DNA of 64,000 bases, from positions 67,210,001 to 67,274,000 of the forward strand of contig NC_086097.1 of NCBI RefSeq assembly GCF_963921235.1, given 5' to 3'. Numbering within the stretch: position 1 is the stretch's first letter; each line of letters starts with the position of its first letter. Made by a program: the position numbers and the translations under genes. A model generated the notes under the pieces. It worked only from the letters and a program-made list of their open reading frames with translations, was not told the DNA's origin and did no database searches. This document shows, in pieces, positions 25,898 to 39,589 of the stretch. The DNA is from Mobula hypostoma (taxonomy: Eukaryota).

Positions 25898-27502
25898 CGG
25901 TGCCTTCAAAAAGTATTCAGCACAAACAACTATTTTCACATTTTACTGCCTCATTTTCTAAATTTAAAATGTATTAAAATACAGTTTTTCTGAGCTAATC
26001 TACAAAACATGCATCATGCCAAATCAAAAATAAATTTTCCAAACCTTTCAAAAATGTACTAAAAAATTAAAAATCAAAATTTAGGCTGAAAAAAGCATTC
26101 ATCCCCTTTGTAATTACAACGCTAACTTTCCTCAGGTGCAATACTCTATATTAACTTACCGACTCACCCAATTTGTTGATGTAGAAAATTGTAGGATAAC
26201 CTGTTTTCAATGAATTCAAAAGAATAAATGCCTCTTCTCTTTGTATGATTCAACAGTATGGTAGATTTTCAACAACCAAATCAAAATGAAGACAAAAGAG
26301 CATTCAAGACAAGTCAGGGAAATGATAAGAGAGAAGCACAAATCTGAGGAAGGGTACAAGACCACCTCAAAGGCACTGAGTATACCTCAGAGCTCAGTGC
26401 AGTCTATTGTGGAAAAGTGGACAAAAATATGAAACCAGAGCCATATTACCTAGGTCAGGCTACCCCTCTAATCTTAGTCGACGGAGAAGAATAGCACTTG
26501 TAAGAGACGCTACTGTGATGCTAAGAGTCATTCTGAATAAGCTGCAAAAGTCAGTAGCTGCAAGTGGCGATGAAGTTCATGGCTCCACAATCTCTAAGGT
26601 ATTTATGGAAGAGTGGCAAGGAGGAAGCTCTGGCTAAAACTAAAAGCATACCCTGCCCGTCAAGACTTTGCAAAGCATCACTTCGAAGATATTGTAAAGA
26701 TATGGAAGAAAGTCTTGTGGTCGGATGAGACTAAAGTGGAAACTTTTGGCCTGGACACTATGTGTGGCATAAATCCAATACTGCGTATCAGTCTGGTAAC
26801 TCCATCCCTACTGTAAGGTATGGTGGACGTAGTATCATGCCATGGGGAAGCTTTTCGGCCGCAGGGACTGGAAATCTGGTCAGGATTGATGGGAAGATGA
26901 ATTGTGCTAAATACAGAGAGACCCTGGATTAAAAATCTGCTAGCCTCTGCTAGAAAGCTTAAATTGGGGAGGAAATTTGCCTTTCAGCAGGCCATTGGCC
27001 CAAAGTGCACAGCAAGAGCAACCATTGAGTGGCTTCAGTGAAGAAAATTGATGTCCTTGAGTGACGTAGTCAAGAGTCCTGACCTTGACCTGATTGAGTA
27101 ACTTTGGCAAGATCTCAAGATTGCTGTTCACCACTGCTCCCCAACTAACCAGGCTCATCTTGAGGAATTTTGCAAGGAGGTATGGGCAAATCTTGCCCCA
27201 TCACATTGTGCAATGCTAATAGTACTTATCCAAAAAGACTACTGGCTGTAATAGCTGGGGGAGGTGGTTCAACTAAGTGCTGAGCAAAGGGGTTGAATAC
27301 GTTTGAACTGCCATTTCAGTTTTTGAATTGAGTTTTTCATGCTTTACACTTTTCCCTGTTTTTTGGGCTCTAATGTGGGGGGAAGAAAAGGAGCATTTAA
27401 TTAACAAATAAAAATTCTTAGTTAAGTTGATTAAAATCCCTGGTTGTAATACTCATTTATGTGAGCATAGGGTTGGCAGCTGAATACTTTTACAAAGCAC
27501 TG
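25898..27502 (+). mobile_element. Full-length, decayed Tc1 transposon (different family from 19548-21082)
   Basis: TA flanks; TIRs CGGTGCCTTCAAAAAGTATTCAG / CTGAATACTTTTACAAAGCACTG. Transposase MKTKEHSRQVRE... from 26286, WKKVLWSDETKVE and QSPDL motifs, frameshifted. Confidence 0.92.
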
Positions 27503-27714
27503 TATGTTATTAGCATTTGGGCCAGATACTATTGATAAAGTCTAGTACACACATTCCAAAGTTTATCATTTGAGTTTGAGGAAGTTGTATTATTTCTCAC
27601 CTGGCACTTCAGTGTAGCTGAGCTCACGAAATTTGCATCTGCACAGTAATACCATTTTAAGTTAGCAGATTTCATGACACATGCCGGTGATAATAAACCT
27701 GATTCTACTCTCTG

Positions 27715-28680
27715 GTTGTACACTACCCCCAACTATTGGAAACATCCACTCTATTGAGGAGTTTCAACATTCAGTGGTTGTAATGAGATCCACCCCCTCA
27801 TTCTTCTGAATTCCACAGAGTACAGGCCCAGAGCCATCAGTCGGTCCTCATATGGTAACCCTTTCATTCCTGGAATCATTCTCGTGAGCCTCCTCTGAAC
27901 CTTCTCCAATAGCAGCACATCTTTTCTCAGATAAGGGGCCCAAAAAACTGCTCACAATACTCCAAGTGAGGTCTTACCAGTGCCTTATAAAGTCTCAACA
28001 TTACATCCTTTTATATTTCAGTCCTCTCAAAATCAATGCTAACATTTCATTTGCCTTCCTCACCACTGACTCTACCTGTAAATGAATCTTTAGGGGATCC
28101 TGCACAAGGACTCCCAAGTCCCCTTGCACCTTGGATATTTGAATTTTCTTGCCATTTCTCTCCATGCTAGTATCTTTCTTGTAATACTATGGTCTTTTAA
28201 CTTGTTAAGCACCCTCATGTGCAGCACCTTGTCAAAGGCCTTCTGAAAATCCTAGTGCACAACATCTACCGATTCTCCTTTGCTTCAAAAAATTCCACTA
28301 GATTTATCAGGCAAGATTTCCTCTAAAGGAAACCTTGTTGACATTGGCCTATTTTATCATGTGCCCCTAAGTACTCCCAAACCACATCATTAACAATCAA
28401 CTCCAACATCTTCCCAACCACTGAGGTCAGTCCAACTGGCCTATAATATCCTTCTGCCTCTCTCCCTGGAAGAGTGGAGTGATATCTGCAATTTTACAGC
28501 CCTCCAGAATTGTACCAGAATCTATTGATTCTTGAAAGATCATTACTAATGTCTCCACAATCTCTTCAGCCACCTCTTTCAGAACCCTGGTGTGTAGACC
28601 AGCTGGTCCATGTGATTTATCCCCTACCTTCAAACTTTTCAGCTTCCAAAGCACCTTCTTCCTAGTAATGACAACTTAAT
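27715..28680 (-). mobile_element. CR1 LINE fragment with internal deletions
   Basis: KSHGPAGLHTRVLKEVAEEIVE; DFQKAFDKV-like motif near 28230. Confidence 0.85.
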
Positions 28681-28869
28681 TTCACTCATACATTTTCAGT
28701 GCTAACTACAGTTAATATTGTTGATATCAGGTGAATTAATTGCACTGAGGTCTATTATGTCATGAAGTTCAAAATATTTGATTTTTTCCCCCATCCCCTG
28801 CAGCAATTCTTTCCAGAAGTTCAATTCTTTACAATTGGTTAGGCATATGCATTTTAAGAATTGTAACAT

Positions 28870-29345
28870 GTAGTACAAGGCCTGATGAAGGGTTTTGGCC
28901 TGAAGTGTCAACTGTTTACTCTTTTCAATAGATGCCTAAGTTCCTCCAGCATTTTGTTCAAAGTGTGACAAAAAAACCAGTGGAAATACAAAAAGTAGTT
29001 GTAATAATAATTAAATATTGAGAACATGAGATGAAGAGTCCTTGAAAGTGAATCCATTGGTTGTGGTAGGGTGAGTGAAGTTATCTTTTTAGGTTCAAGA
29101 GCCTGATTGTTGAGGGGTAATAGCTGTTCCTGAATCTGGTGGTGTGAGTTCTGAGGCTCATGTACCACCTTCCTAATGGCAGCAGCGGGAAGAGAGTATA
29201 TCCTGGGTGGTGGGATGCCCCGATGATGGATGCCACTTTCCTGTGACAACACTTTGTGTAGATGTGTTCAGTGGTGTGGTAGACTGATCCTTCAGCATAT
29301 TGTGTGTATTGCTCTGGATTTCCAGCATCTACAGAATCTTTGTTT
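28870..29345. mobile_element. Rex1 3' fragment (-) between Penelope-terminus fragments
   Basis: LLPLGRWYMSLRTHTTRFRNSYYPSTIRLLN; degenerate CTGATGAAGGGTTTTGGCCTGAA at 28882. Confidence 0.7.
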
Positions 29346-29563
29346 ATGTAGTATAAGTTTTGATAAACTAAGTCTGCTTCTGCTGTTAAGTTTTGTTCTC
29401 CAATCAAAATAGTTGTTTAGAAATTCCTTTTATGCATAATTATCTTCCTAAATGGCAATGTAGAAGAACTTGAGACCAGTACAATCTCTTAAGTTCATGT
29501 ATACATTTTTGGTAATGAGTGCGATGCTTTTATCAAATTCTGTTCCTTAACGTTACTACTTAG

Positions 29564-29667
29564 ACTCCCTATTGATATCTATTGTTGGGATGGCTGTGTA
29601 TACGGGTTACGTATTCATGCCTCAGCACATTATGGCAATATTGCACTACTTTGAGATTGTACAATGA
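29564..29667 (+). CDS. sptssa: Serine palmitoyltransferase small subunit A, coding exon 2 (spliced protein 68 aa)
   Basis: (N)SLLISIVGMAVYTGYVFMPQHIMAILHYFEIVQ* matches human NSMLVSIVGMALYTGYVFMPQHIMAILHYFEIVQ. TGA at 29665-29667. Confidence 0.97.
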
Positions 29668-30960
29668 CTACCTTAAGCCTGGACCAAGGACCAGAAGTAC
29701 ACAGGGGAAAAGGAAGATCTCTATTTAGTAACTGCACTAAGAATGTTGGTGAAGATCAGCTTGAATGGATTACAAAACTAGAAGCTTGCAACCAAAATAG
29801 AATGGAGTGTATTTCATGGTTTTGTATTTATTGTTTTAATATACATTCTTTCAACATTGAACTGCTCTTGTTAACCTGGTTAATGTATTTACTGATAACA
29901 GTACTTGCCTTTTTTTACAGTGTGCATATTGCACTGTGAATGCATTATTGTATCTTTATATAAATGTCACTATTGTAGAACATTCTACATGTAATTCAAC
30001 TATATCTTGGATCTCATTAATTAAATATTTGGTAAAATGCCATATTTGATAATATATCAAAGTCTGAGAATTTAAATTTTTAACTTTTTTGAATTTTTGG
30101 CACCTAGTTGGAATTTCATGAGATGCATATTTTGAAGTATCATTTTTAATACCATTTAAAAATGACCACCTGTAAAGACTTGTATAGATGTCATATTTTT
30201 GGTGTCCTAAAATTAAATATAAAATTCCTATGATGACTTTCCATTGTTTTTGTTTATTTAGATTTGAGATTGGCCAATGCACTTAGTACCACTTAATCTT
30301 AAAGACACACATTCTTGATGCTACTATATCTGACAATATTCATCATGTATAAGATAAATCACAATGCAACTCAGCTTTCTATATTAACAGATTAAAGTAC
30401 CCATGCAAATTTTCCACTGTTGACTTCTAAATGACGTGGATGATGTATGTATATTGTAAACAGATATTGACTGCATGTGTATTTGTTGGTTAAACTAACC
30501 AGTTTTTGAAGGTTTGCCAAAGGTCTACTATTGTCTGTTTTATCAACAGCATCATTGATAACTGTCTTTTTGTTGCCAGTGCAGCCAATAGCATAATGAG
30601 TACTTTTTCCTTGTTTTGCAGTTTCCCTGGGTTTGGCTAGAAGACTGTTGCCAAAACGTTTGTCTAATACCATTCTGCTTGCTTTAAGCATAGTACGTGG
30701 TACATACTCCCAAATGCAGTGTTTTTTTTTGCTCTCCTTTTATCAGCTTACTTCACCTGCTAAGAAGTGGTCTTGTGAAGTGCCTTCAGCTGGGTAGATC
30801 AGTGAGGTAAATCTCTGAGGTTGATTAGTTGGAAACTTTCCTGAAAACTCCCAAATTTGTTTGAATGGCCAGGTATTTATCAACTGGACAATACTTTATG
30901 CCAAAAATTTACAAACTAAATTTGAACTTGTTCAGAAGGAAATCAGTAATAAACAACATT
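29668..30960 (+). other. sptssa: Probable sptssa 3' UTR
   Basis: Repeat-free AT-rich sequence; candidate poly(A) signals ATTAAA (30391) and AATAAA (30948). The true end is unknown. Confidence 0.5.
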
Positions 30961-32767
30961 GGATATATGAAGCTGAAGAAGCCACAGATAATTACTGTAG
31001 CTTTATTGTTGATTTGTGCCTTGTATTGTAGAATTCATTATAGTTCCTGCTGTATCTTCCTGTCCGGAGGAAACTTGCCCCGGTTTTAAACAAGATTTCC
31101 TTGATCAGGGAGTAATTTTATTTATTTTGTGGGTTCCTTGGGAGTTAATTTGCATGAGTCTATGGTAGTAGTTGTTGATCACTGCTGGTAGTAACCTGGC
31201 AGATCTAGTCACCTGATTGTTTCACTTATAATGTCGATTTTGCTATTTAGTATGGGAATGAGTGGTATTTATAGTCAAGTCTGGAAGGAAATGGCTCTAC
31301 TTAAAATGCAGTTGAACAACTAGACATTTCCTTTGTCATCTTTTGTAGTTACATTTGTTAATGTGGCAATCCGACCGCTGTCCACCCTGATGTTCCAGTT
31401 TTGAACAGGATATATTAATTTGTACCTATAAGCTATAATAAAGCCTACTCAATGGTCAGGATGTTAGAAAGAATTCCAGTTGTATGCAAGCTGAACTAAT
31501 GATATACAGTACATTTGAATGATTTTTCTCTTGTCTTCCAGTCTGCTACTAAGTTCCTATAGCTTGTGCTAATCTTAAGTATTGTGACTGGATTTACTGG
31601 AATAACCACCAAATTGAGATATGATAATACTTATATCAGACACATTTATAAAACGTCTAACCTCACAACTTAATCCTTTGGATCATTTCTATTGATTGGT
31701 ATGGTTCTCTTGATCTATACTTTAGTGACCATCACATTAAAAGTGATAATCTATAAGTTAATCGTACTTGCAGCACTCCACCGACAATGTCCAACACGGT
31801 CTTGTGATCCAAGAAAAGTGACTAAGATGATCACTTACTGTTAGACTGCACACTACCTTTGCATGCTGACTCCTCTGACATATCTGCGACACAGCAGCGC
31901 GATCTGCACCGTCTAGTTCCTTCAGTTTCTCCACCAACGAGCAACTCACCGATGGATAAACCTGCAGTACCTAAAGCTCATAGTATCCAGCAGGGTCTTG
32001 TGATTGTTTTTTTAAAAAAAAGTTTAAAAGTTATTTGAATAGATACTACAGTGTAACTAAAAGCAAAGTAGACCAAGGTGAATTTTTATAATTTCCAATG
32101 TGATTTAATTCTAAATCATTTGAAGTTAAATATGGAAAGTTGACATAAATATTCATCTACAGACTAAGAATTTCGATTGTGCCTTTCAAACAGTAATCCC
32201 AAATAATTTTTCTTGCTTCACCTAAGGATTAACCTTTTGTGGGGATAGTGACAAAAATTGACCAAGGTAGTCCAAATATAACATTATTGATCTATGAATA
32301 TTTGTAAGCTGTACTCATCACTAGTATTCTGTTTATCCCAATTTCTCCTGTGTTAGCTAAATACTCTTTATTATGAGATAATGGCTTGAAAAATAGGAAT
32401 TAACCAGGGCCATCAAGAAAATTGTCAGGTAATCTTTTACAGGATTAATTTCATTGATAGTTCTTGAACTATGCTCATGATCTTTTTTTAAAAAAAACAA
32501 TCACTGAGCATGGATTTTATGAAGTCTGCTACTGGGAGAAATAGTTAAGTGGATTTTTCTTTTGACTGTCCTTTTGTAGTTAAGATACAGTACCCTTTTT
32601 TATTTGATCAATGCGTTGCATTTCTGTACCTCGTTCTTGAAGTGGTGTCGAAAAGTTTAACTGAGATATAATGACCAGTCCTATTAATGCTCAGATTGCC
32701 CAGCATCTGTGGAAAAAGTTCTAATGCTTCAGGTCAGTGGCCATCCATTAGAACTCAAAACTTGGTT

Positions 32768-33085
32768 TAACCATATAACAATTACGGCATGGAAACAGGC
32801 CATCTTGGCCCTTCTAGTCTGTGCCGAACTCTTACTCTCACCCAGTCCCACCGACCTGCACTCAGCCCATAACCTTCCGTTCCTTTCCTGTCCATATAGC
32901 TATCCAATTTAACTTTAAATGACAACATCGAACCTGCTTCAACCACTTCTGCTGGAAGCTTGTTCCACACAGCTACCACTCTCTAAGTAAAGAAGTTTCC
33001 CCCTCATGTTACCCCTAAACTTTTGCCCTTTAACTCTCAATTCATGTCCTCTTGTTTGAATCTCCCTCACTCTCAATGGAAAATT
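32768..33085 (-). mobile_element. CR1 LINE 3' end
   Basis: VAVWNKLPAEVVEAGSMLSFKVKLDSYM plus the CR1 3' UTR. Confidence 0.85.
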
Positions 33086-34544
33086 AAATTAACTAAGTTC
33101 GTCCCTTACAGTACATTTTGACTTCAGTAAACAATCAGGCACACATTGATTTCAGTAAATTTACTCAGTATTTTGGTTCACATGATCACTAAGTTCCAAA
33201 TAAATATTCAAGTAATTTGGCTTGATTGCACTGGCTGCACAAGATACACAAGCAGTTCCATGTACAATGGGTATTTTTACCATCATACTGATTACTATCT
33301 CTTATTTGTCATGCTACTCCCAGAGGAGAATCACTAGCAGTTCTGGTCCGTAGAGCAGGCACAAGAAGTCCAAGTTTAAAGTCCTTCATTCTTTTATCTC
33401 ATTGTTTATCAAGAAATGGAATATAATTTTGGTTTATATTATCTATTAAGTTCCTCTGATTTTTTAACTTAGTGAATTTATAAGTGTTCATCCTAAGTGT
33501 GATTGGGATAAAAGGACAATAAAGAAGAATTCATGGCTATTAAGAATTGATTCTTAACTGCTTCGTATAATTTTTATTCTATGTATTGCCTGAACCTACA
33601 TGTCTGTGATACTGATGCAAGCAAGTTTTTTTTTCCATTATGCCCATATTAAACCATACTTGTGCACTTGACTATGAACTTGAAGGAATTTGGAGGTGAG
33701 AATGTAAAACTATCACTTCAATGGGGTGAAAAATCATTTGGGTGCTTTAACAAGTAGACAGTCCTAAATGGCAAAGATGGAATGTCTTACACAGCTTGGA
33801 ATTCAGTCATTCAAACCACAGAGGCCTTTTATTTATTGTGCCGGACTTTTCTATGTTCCATTATGTTATGGAAACAAGAGTGTATTTAGTTCATCTTAGT
33901 TAAGCAACCAGTCTTTCTGTTCCTGATTCTTATTCAGTGACTGCCACTGAATGTTGGGTAAATAAAGTTGGGATAATATCGGTTGCAATGCTGTCAAAAG
34001 TGACAAATGTTATATTGTTATTTTAATGCACTTGAAAATGTGAGAAAGGTAGCAGGGTTGCCAAAGAATGAAATTCTGCAAAAACTACTGCTATATTCAA
34101 GGATATTTTGTGGCTCTCAATAGTGTGAAGGAATCCAAATCTGCTTCCTAATTATTAACAACTGCATTTCAAATTTGAAGTAAACCCAGAAGGAACGATG
34201 GTGGACCTTGATCTAGCCTTGCTGGTTTTATAAAAGTAGCAAATTCAACTCAGAATACCCAAGGCTGGTATTGAATTTTTGATGGTAGAGGAAATGTGCT
34301 AAAATGTATTTCCGGGTTTGCTTGTAGCGGGGAGCTGTTGCTTGATGTATGCAAAAACAGGGTGTGTCTAATGCTCATAATAACTTTAGTGTTTCATTAA
34401 AATGGAATGTCCTGTTAAAAGAAAATTAAATGAAGTAGCAGGTTCACTGTAATCATCACAGCATCAGCCAATACAATACAAATTATAACATGTAGCATGT
34501 GTTTTGCATATTTTCAAGGTGTCTGGAATGCACCATTTTTTTAA

Positions 34545-34609
34545 ACCCAGGGTCCATGGACGCCTCGGTTAATGGTAGGGCTCCATGGCATAATGGTTGG
34601 GAACCTCTG
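34545..34609. mobile_element. Second, partial copy of the 80-bp hAT MITE
   Basis: Shares GGTTAATGGTAGGG..TCCATGGCATAA..GTTGGGAACC.CTG with 4133-4212. Confidence 0.7.
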
Positions 34610-35249
34610 ATTTAAACTATTTCACTTAATTGATTTAAACTTTTTTATGATATAAAAAGTCTTATGCAAATTCATTCTTGAAACTTTCCTAGCTGTATGT
34701 GTTTGATATACAGTCAGGTGCAACATTATCTTGATGCTTCATAAGTAAACTCTTGCCTCGGCTTGTCAAATTCATAATATACCTTAAATGTTGTTCAGTG
34801 ATTCAGGTACTTATTCACAACCGATTCATTAATTATTCAAGACTTATTACTTTTATACCATTCCCAAATTTGTTATGAAACTTTACTGCCCAGAGACAGA
34901 AAAGGATGCGAAAGTGGTTCCGATTCACATTTATTTATCACATATGTCAAAATGTACAGGGCAGCCCGCATATGTTGCCAGATATTCCGTACTAACAGCA
35001 TGCCCACGATGCTCAGGAGAATACAACAAAGCAGAACATATGAAGCAACATCAGCAAAACAAGCACCTTTCCCTCCTTCCTCCCTCCCTCCCTCCCTCCC
35101 TCCCACGCACATGTAGAGGTCTCTAACGACAGGACAGCCCATCTTTTTTGGCCTCCTGTGGACTGTGGCTTCTGAAACACTGGGCCCAACTTCCCCAGGA
35201 GACTCAAAGATCTGATACAATCAAAGATGATCCCTTCCTCTCCATTGAA

Positions 35250-35848
35250 TACAGAGTGATATCACAAAAAAAACAGGACAAATCAAAGACTAACACTGGC
35301 AAGACCACATAATTATAACATATAGTTACAGCAGTGCAAGGCAATACCATAATCTGAAAAAGAGCGGACCATGGGCACGGTAAAAAAATAAGTCTCAGCG
35401 GTCCAATTGACTCCCGATAGTCTTGATAGCAGGCGGCAAAAGGGAGAAACTCTCCCTGTCATAAACCTCCAGGCACCGATGACTGCCGATGCATTGGAAG
35501 CACTTGACCACAGTCGACTCTGAGTCTGTCCGAAAACTTCGAGCCTCTGACCAGCCCTCCGACACTGAGCACCGAGCACTATCTCTGCCGAGCGCTTCGA
35601 CCCTGCCCCGGCCACCGAGCAACAAGCAAAGCCAAGGACTCGGGCCCTTCTCCTCCAGAGATTCTGGATCACACAGTAGCAGTGGCAGCGAAAAAGGCAT
35701 TTCAGAAGTTTCTCCAGATGTTCCTCTGTGCTCTCACGTCTGTCTCCATCAAATCAGGATTGTGCACGGCACCCTACTTGACAGATAACAGATATTTACT
35801 GGAGTGGCTGCTGCACACTACGTTGCGCCGCCATCTTCTCCTCCTCCT
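35250..35848 (-). mobile_element. Non-coding LINE-derived short element with an intact 5' end
   Basis: Minus strand starts GGAGGAGGAGAAGATGGCGGCG (LINE-like 5' end). The body is homologous to 10612-11042. Confidence 0.65.
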
Positions 35849-35849
35849 C

Positions 35850-38560
35850 TAAGGTCTTATTTAGCTTTAACATTATCTCATGGCTCTTGAACTCAGTCCC
35901 ATGTTGATGAAGGCCAGCACACCATATGCCTTCTTAACAACGCTGTCAACCTGTGCAGCAACTTCAAATGTCCTATGGATGTAGACCCCAGGATCTCTCT
36001 GATCCTCCACACTGCCAAGAGTCTTTCCATTAATATTCTGTCTTCAAATTTGACCTACCAAAGTGAACCACTTCACACATATCTAGGTTGAAGTCCATCT
36101 GCTACTTCTCCGCCCAGTTCTGTATCCTATTGATGTCCCGTTGTAACCTCTGACAACCCTCCAGACTATCTACAACACTCCCAATTTTTGTGTCATCAGC
36201 AAACTTATTAACCCACCCTTCTACTTCTTTCTCCAGGTCGTTTATAAAAACCACAAAGAGGAGGGGTCCCAGAACAGATCCCTGTGGAACACCACCTCTC
36301 CAAATGCTCATAAATCCAGGCTCTCAGGATCTTCTCTAACAACTTGCCCACCACTGAATTAATTAATCTGGTCTATAATTCCCTGGGTTATCTCTGCTCA
36401 CTTCCTTGAACAAGGGAACAACATTGGCAATCCTCCAGTCCTCTGGTACTTCTTCCGTCCTTATTGAAGACTTAAAGATCATTGGAAGAGGCTCAGCAAT
36501 CTCCTCCCTCGCTTCTTGGGGTATATCTCATCCAGACCCAGTGACTTATCTAACTTAATGTTTTTCAAAAGCTCCAGCATATCCTCTTTCTTAATGTCTA
36601 TGTACTTAAGTGTTTCAGTCCGCTGTAACTCATCCTCACAATTGCTAAGGTCCTTTTCCCTTGTGAATACTGAAGCAAATATTCATTAAATACCTCCACT
36701 GCCTCCTCCGACTCCATGCACACATTTTCATTATCACACTTGATTGGTCCTATTCTAACATGGCTCATTCTCTTGCTCTTCCCATGCTTGCAGAATACCT
36801 TGGGGTTTTCCTTAATCCTGCTTGCTAAGATCTTCTCATGGCCCCTTCTAGCTCTCCTAATTTCATTCTTAAACTCCTTCTTGGCAACCTTGTAACTCTC
36901 TTGAGCTCTAACCGTACCTAGTTTCTTGAACCTTTCGTAAGCTTTTCTTTTCTTCTTAACTAGACTTTCTATGTCCTTTGTACACCATGGTTACCCTACC
37001 ATTCTTTCCTTGCCTCAATGGAACATACCTATGCAGAACTCCATGCAAATGTTCCTGAACATTTGTCACATTTTTGCCATGCATTTCCCTGAGAACTGCT
37101 CCCAATTTATGCTCCCAAGTTCCTGCCTAATAGCATCATATTTCCACCTACCCCAATTAAATGTTTTCCCAAATTGTCTGCTCCTATCCCTCTCCAGTGC
37201 TATGGTAAAGGAGATAGAGTTGTGATCACCTCCTCCAAAATGCTCTCCCACTGAGAGATCTGACACATGACCAGGTTCGTTTCCCAATACCAGATCAAGT
37301 ACAGCCTCTTCACTAGTTGGCTTATCCACATATTGCATCAGGAAACCTTCCTGAGCGAACAAACTCCACCCCATCTAAATCCTTGCTCTAATAAGATGCC
37401 AGTCAGGAATGTTAAAATCATCCACCACTTTGCTATTAAGCACAAATGTTGGCTAACAATATGTTTTATTATATGATAAGGATATTCTTTTCTTTTTTTT
37501 AACCAAACAGCTGTTCTTTTTCTGGTAGTGGGTCTAGACTTTTTTTCGTATAATAAAAGTATATCTTTTCAATATTATGTTTAAATTTACTGTATATGGT
37601 TATGGGGTAATGAAACTATATTTGTGATTCCAATATATTGCAATTGATATATATATATTCTATATCTTACTGTACTCTATTCTTTTATGTAAGAAATCAA
37701 TAAAAATATTGAAAAAGAAAAATCATCCACCACAACAACCCTATTGCACAGTTCTAGAATCTGCCTCCCTATCTGTTCCTCAATGTCTCTTATTATTAGG
37801 GGGTCTATAAAAAAAGGCACCCAATTGTCCCCTTCCTGTTTCTTACTTCCACCCACACTGACTCAGTAGACAATCCCTCCATGACTTCCTCCTTTTTTGC
37901 AGCCGTGACACTATCCCTGATTAGCAGTGCCATGCTCCACCTCTTTTGCCTCCTCTCCCTGTCCTTTTTGAAACATCTAAAGCCCACACACTCAGCAGCC
38001 ATTCCTGCCCCTGAGACATCCAAGTCTATGTAATGGCCACGATGTCATAGAGCATGGATCAATATGTGGAAGTAAGTTCATCTGCCCTGTTTATGATACT
38101 TCTTGCATTAAAATAGACACATCTCAAACCATCAAGCTGAGTGCATCTTTGCTCTAACATCTGCCTATCCTTCCTCACAAGCTGTCTCTACATGTATGCT
38201 AACAGCCCCACCCTCTGCCTCTTCACTTTGGTTCCCACCACCCTGCAAATCTAGTTTAAACCCTCCCCAACAGCATAAGCAAACCTCCCTCCCAGGATAT
38301 TGGTTCCCCTCCAGTTCAGGTGCAATCCGTCCCACTTGTATAGGTCATCCCTTCCCCAGAAAAGGTTCCAATGATCCAAGAACTTGAAGTCCTGCCGTCT
38401 GCACCATCTCCTCAGTTACTCATTCGTCCGCACTGCCTTCCTGTTCTGACCTTCCTTAGCTTGTTGCACCTTGGAGGCCGTGCTCTTCTGCCTCTTTCCT
38501 AACTCCCTAAACCCCTCTACTGCCTTTTTCATTGGTACCAATATGTACCATGACCTTCAA
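35850..38560 (-). mobile_element. CR1 LINE (endonuclease to RT), decayed
   Basis: [20 protein letters not shown]...[26 protein letters not shown]...GDHNSISF and ESVWVEVRNRKG. Confidence 0.92.
37429..37718 (+). mobile_element. Short L1-like 3' end insertion inside the CR1
   Basis: AATAAA plus A-rich end; 15-bp TSD AAAATCATCCACCAC (37414-37428, 37719-37733). Confidence 0.75.
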
Positions 38561-38679
38561 ATGCAAATTGGAACTATTTCAGAAAATGTTATTTTGAGAT
38601 TCAATATGAGTTGCTGGAGACCATAGTTCTAGTTGATTTGTCTTTTTTTTTCTTTGGATCATTACTGAAAATCTACCTT

Positions 38680-38922
38680 AATTTAGAGATACAGCACACT
38701 AACAAACCCTTTCAGCTCAACAAGTCCAAGCTACCCAATTACGTCCATATGACCAATTAACCTACTAATCCGTACATCTTTGGAATGTGGGAGAAAACTG
38801 GAGCACTTGAGGGGTGGGGGGAACCAGTGTGGTCACAGGAAGAACATACAAACTCCTTAATCAATGCTTGGAATTGAACCCGGGTCATCGGTGCTATAAT
38901 AACTTTATGTTAACCACTACTA
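38680..38922 (-). mobile_element. HE1-like V-SINE
   Basis: TCTTTGGAATGTGGGAGAAAACTGGAGCAC...ACAAACTCC (V domain, reverse) and GGAATTGAACCCGGGTC (reverse B box). Confidence 0.75.
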
Positions 38923-39589
38923 CAAATATAGGGAGCAGGCTGCTGGAAATTCAAATGGTGGAGAAACTCCTAGCTGCCTGTTATCACAAAGCAATATCAC
39001 TGTTTGACAAAAGTACTGAGGGTCTTTAGTTCATTGCATTTCATCGCAGCTGGCTTTTACAAGCCTGAAGGAAACTGCTTAAGTAGCTATTGAGGTGTGG
39101 TGGGGGCTGGTGGTGGAAACAATGTTGTCCCCATCTGTGCCAACCATCTGCTCCATGACTGTCACTGCTATTCTTGCAGCAGATGTCATCCAGCTCTCTG
39201 GAGATCAGCCAGGGAGCTAAAATCTCAGTATTCATTGACACAAAGTGAGATCGGAACTTGTATGAAGCAATGGGTTATGGTACCTTGATAGTTGTAACCA
39301 CACTGCACAAACTCTCAACAATTTTTCTTTCAGAAATAACCCTGATCTGCAATCTACTGAGATAAATCCCAATTATGCATAATATGGTACTCACATATCC
39401 CTGTATTCTGGTTGGAGTGGGGGGTTTATAATGCAGCTTCCATTGGAAAGATATTAGAAACAAGTTGATTCACATGAGCTGTTGCATCTTAAACCTATGT
39501 AGCATGGCTACTGCATGGAATACCTGTGCTGCACTCACAACAGCCATGTTGAGCATCTATTTGCATGTCATGTCAACTCCCTGTTCCAT

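Larger units (their letters stand above)
23243..29563 (+). other. sptssa: U12-type (minor spliceosome) GT-AG intron of sptssa, 6321 bp
   Basis: 5' site GTATCCTT; branch point TTCCTTAAC at 29543-29551, ending 12 nt before the exon; no long pyrimidine tract. Splicing restores the codon A+AC (Asn). Confidence 0.93.

Noticed and set aside
29664..29939. 91-aa ORF whose ATG overlaps the sptssa stop (ATGA)
   Set aside because: Lies in AT-rich 3' UTR with no recognisable similarity. CAA-TGA creates the ATG by chance.
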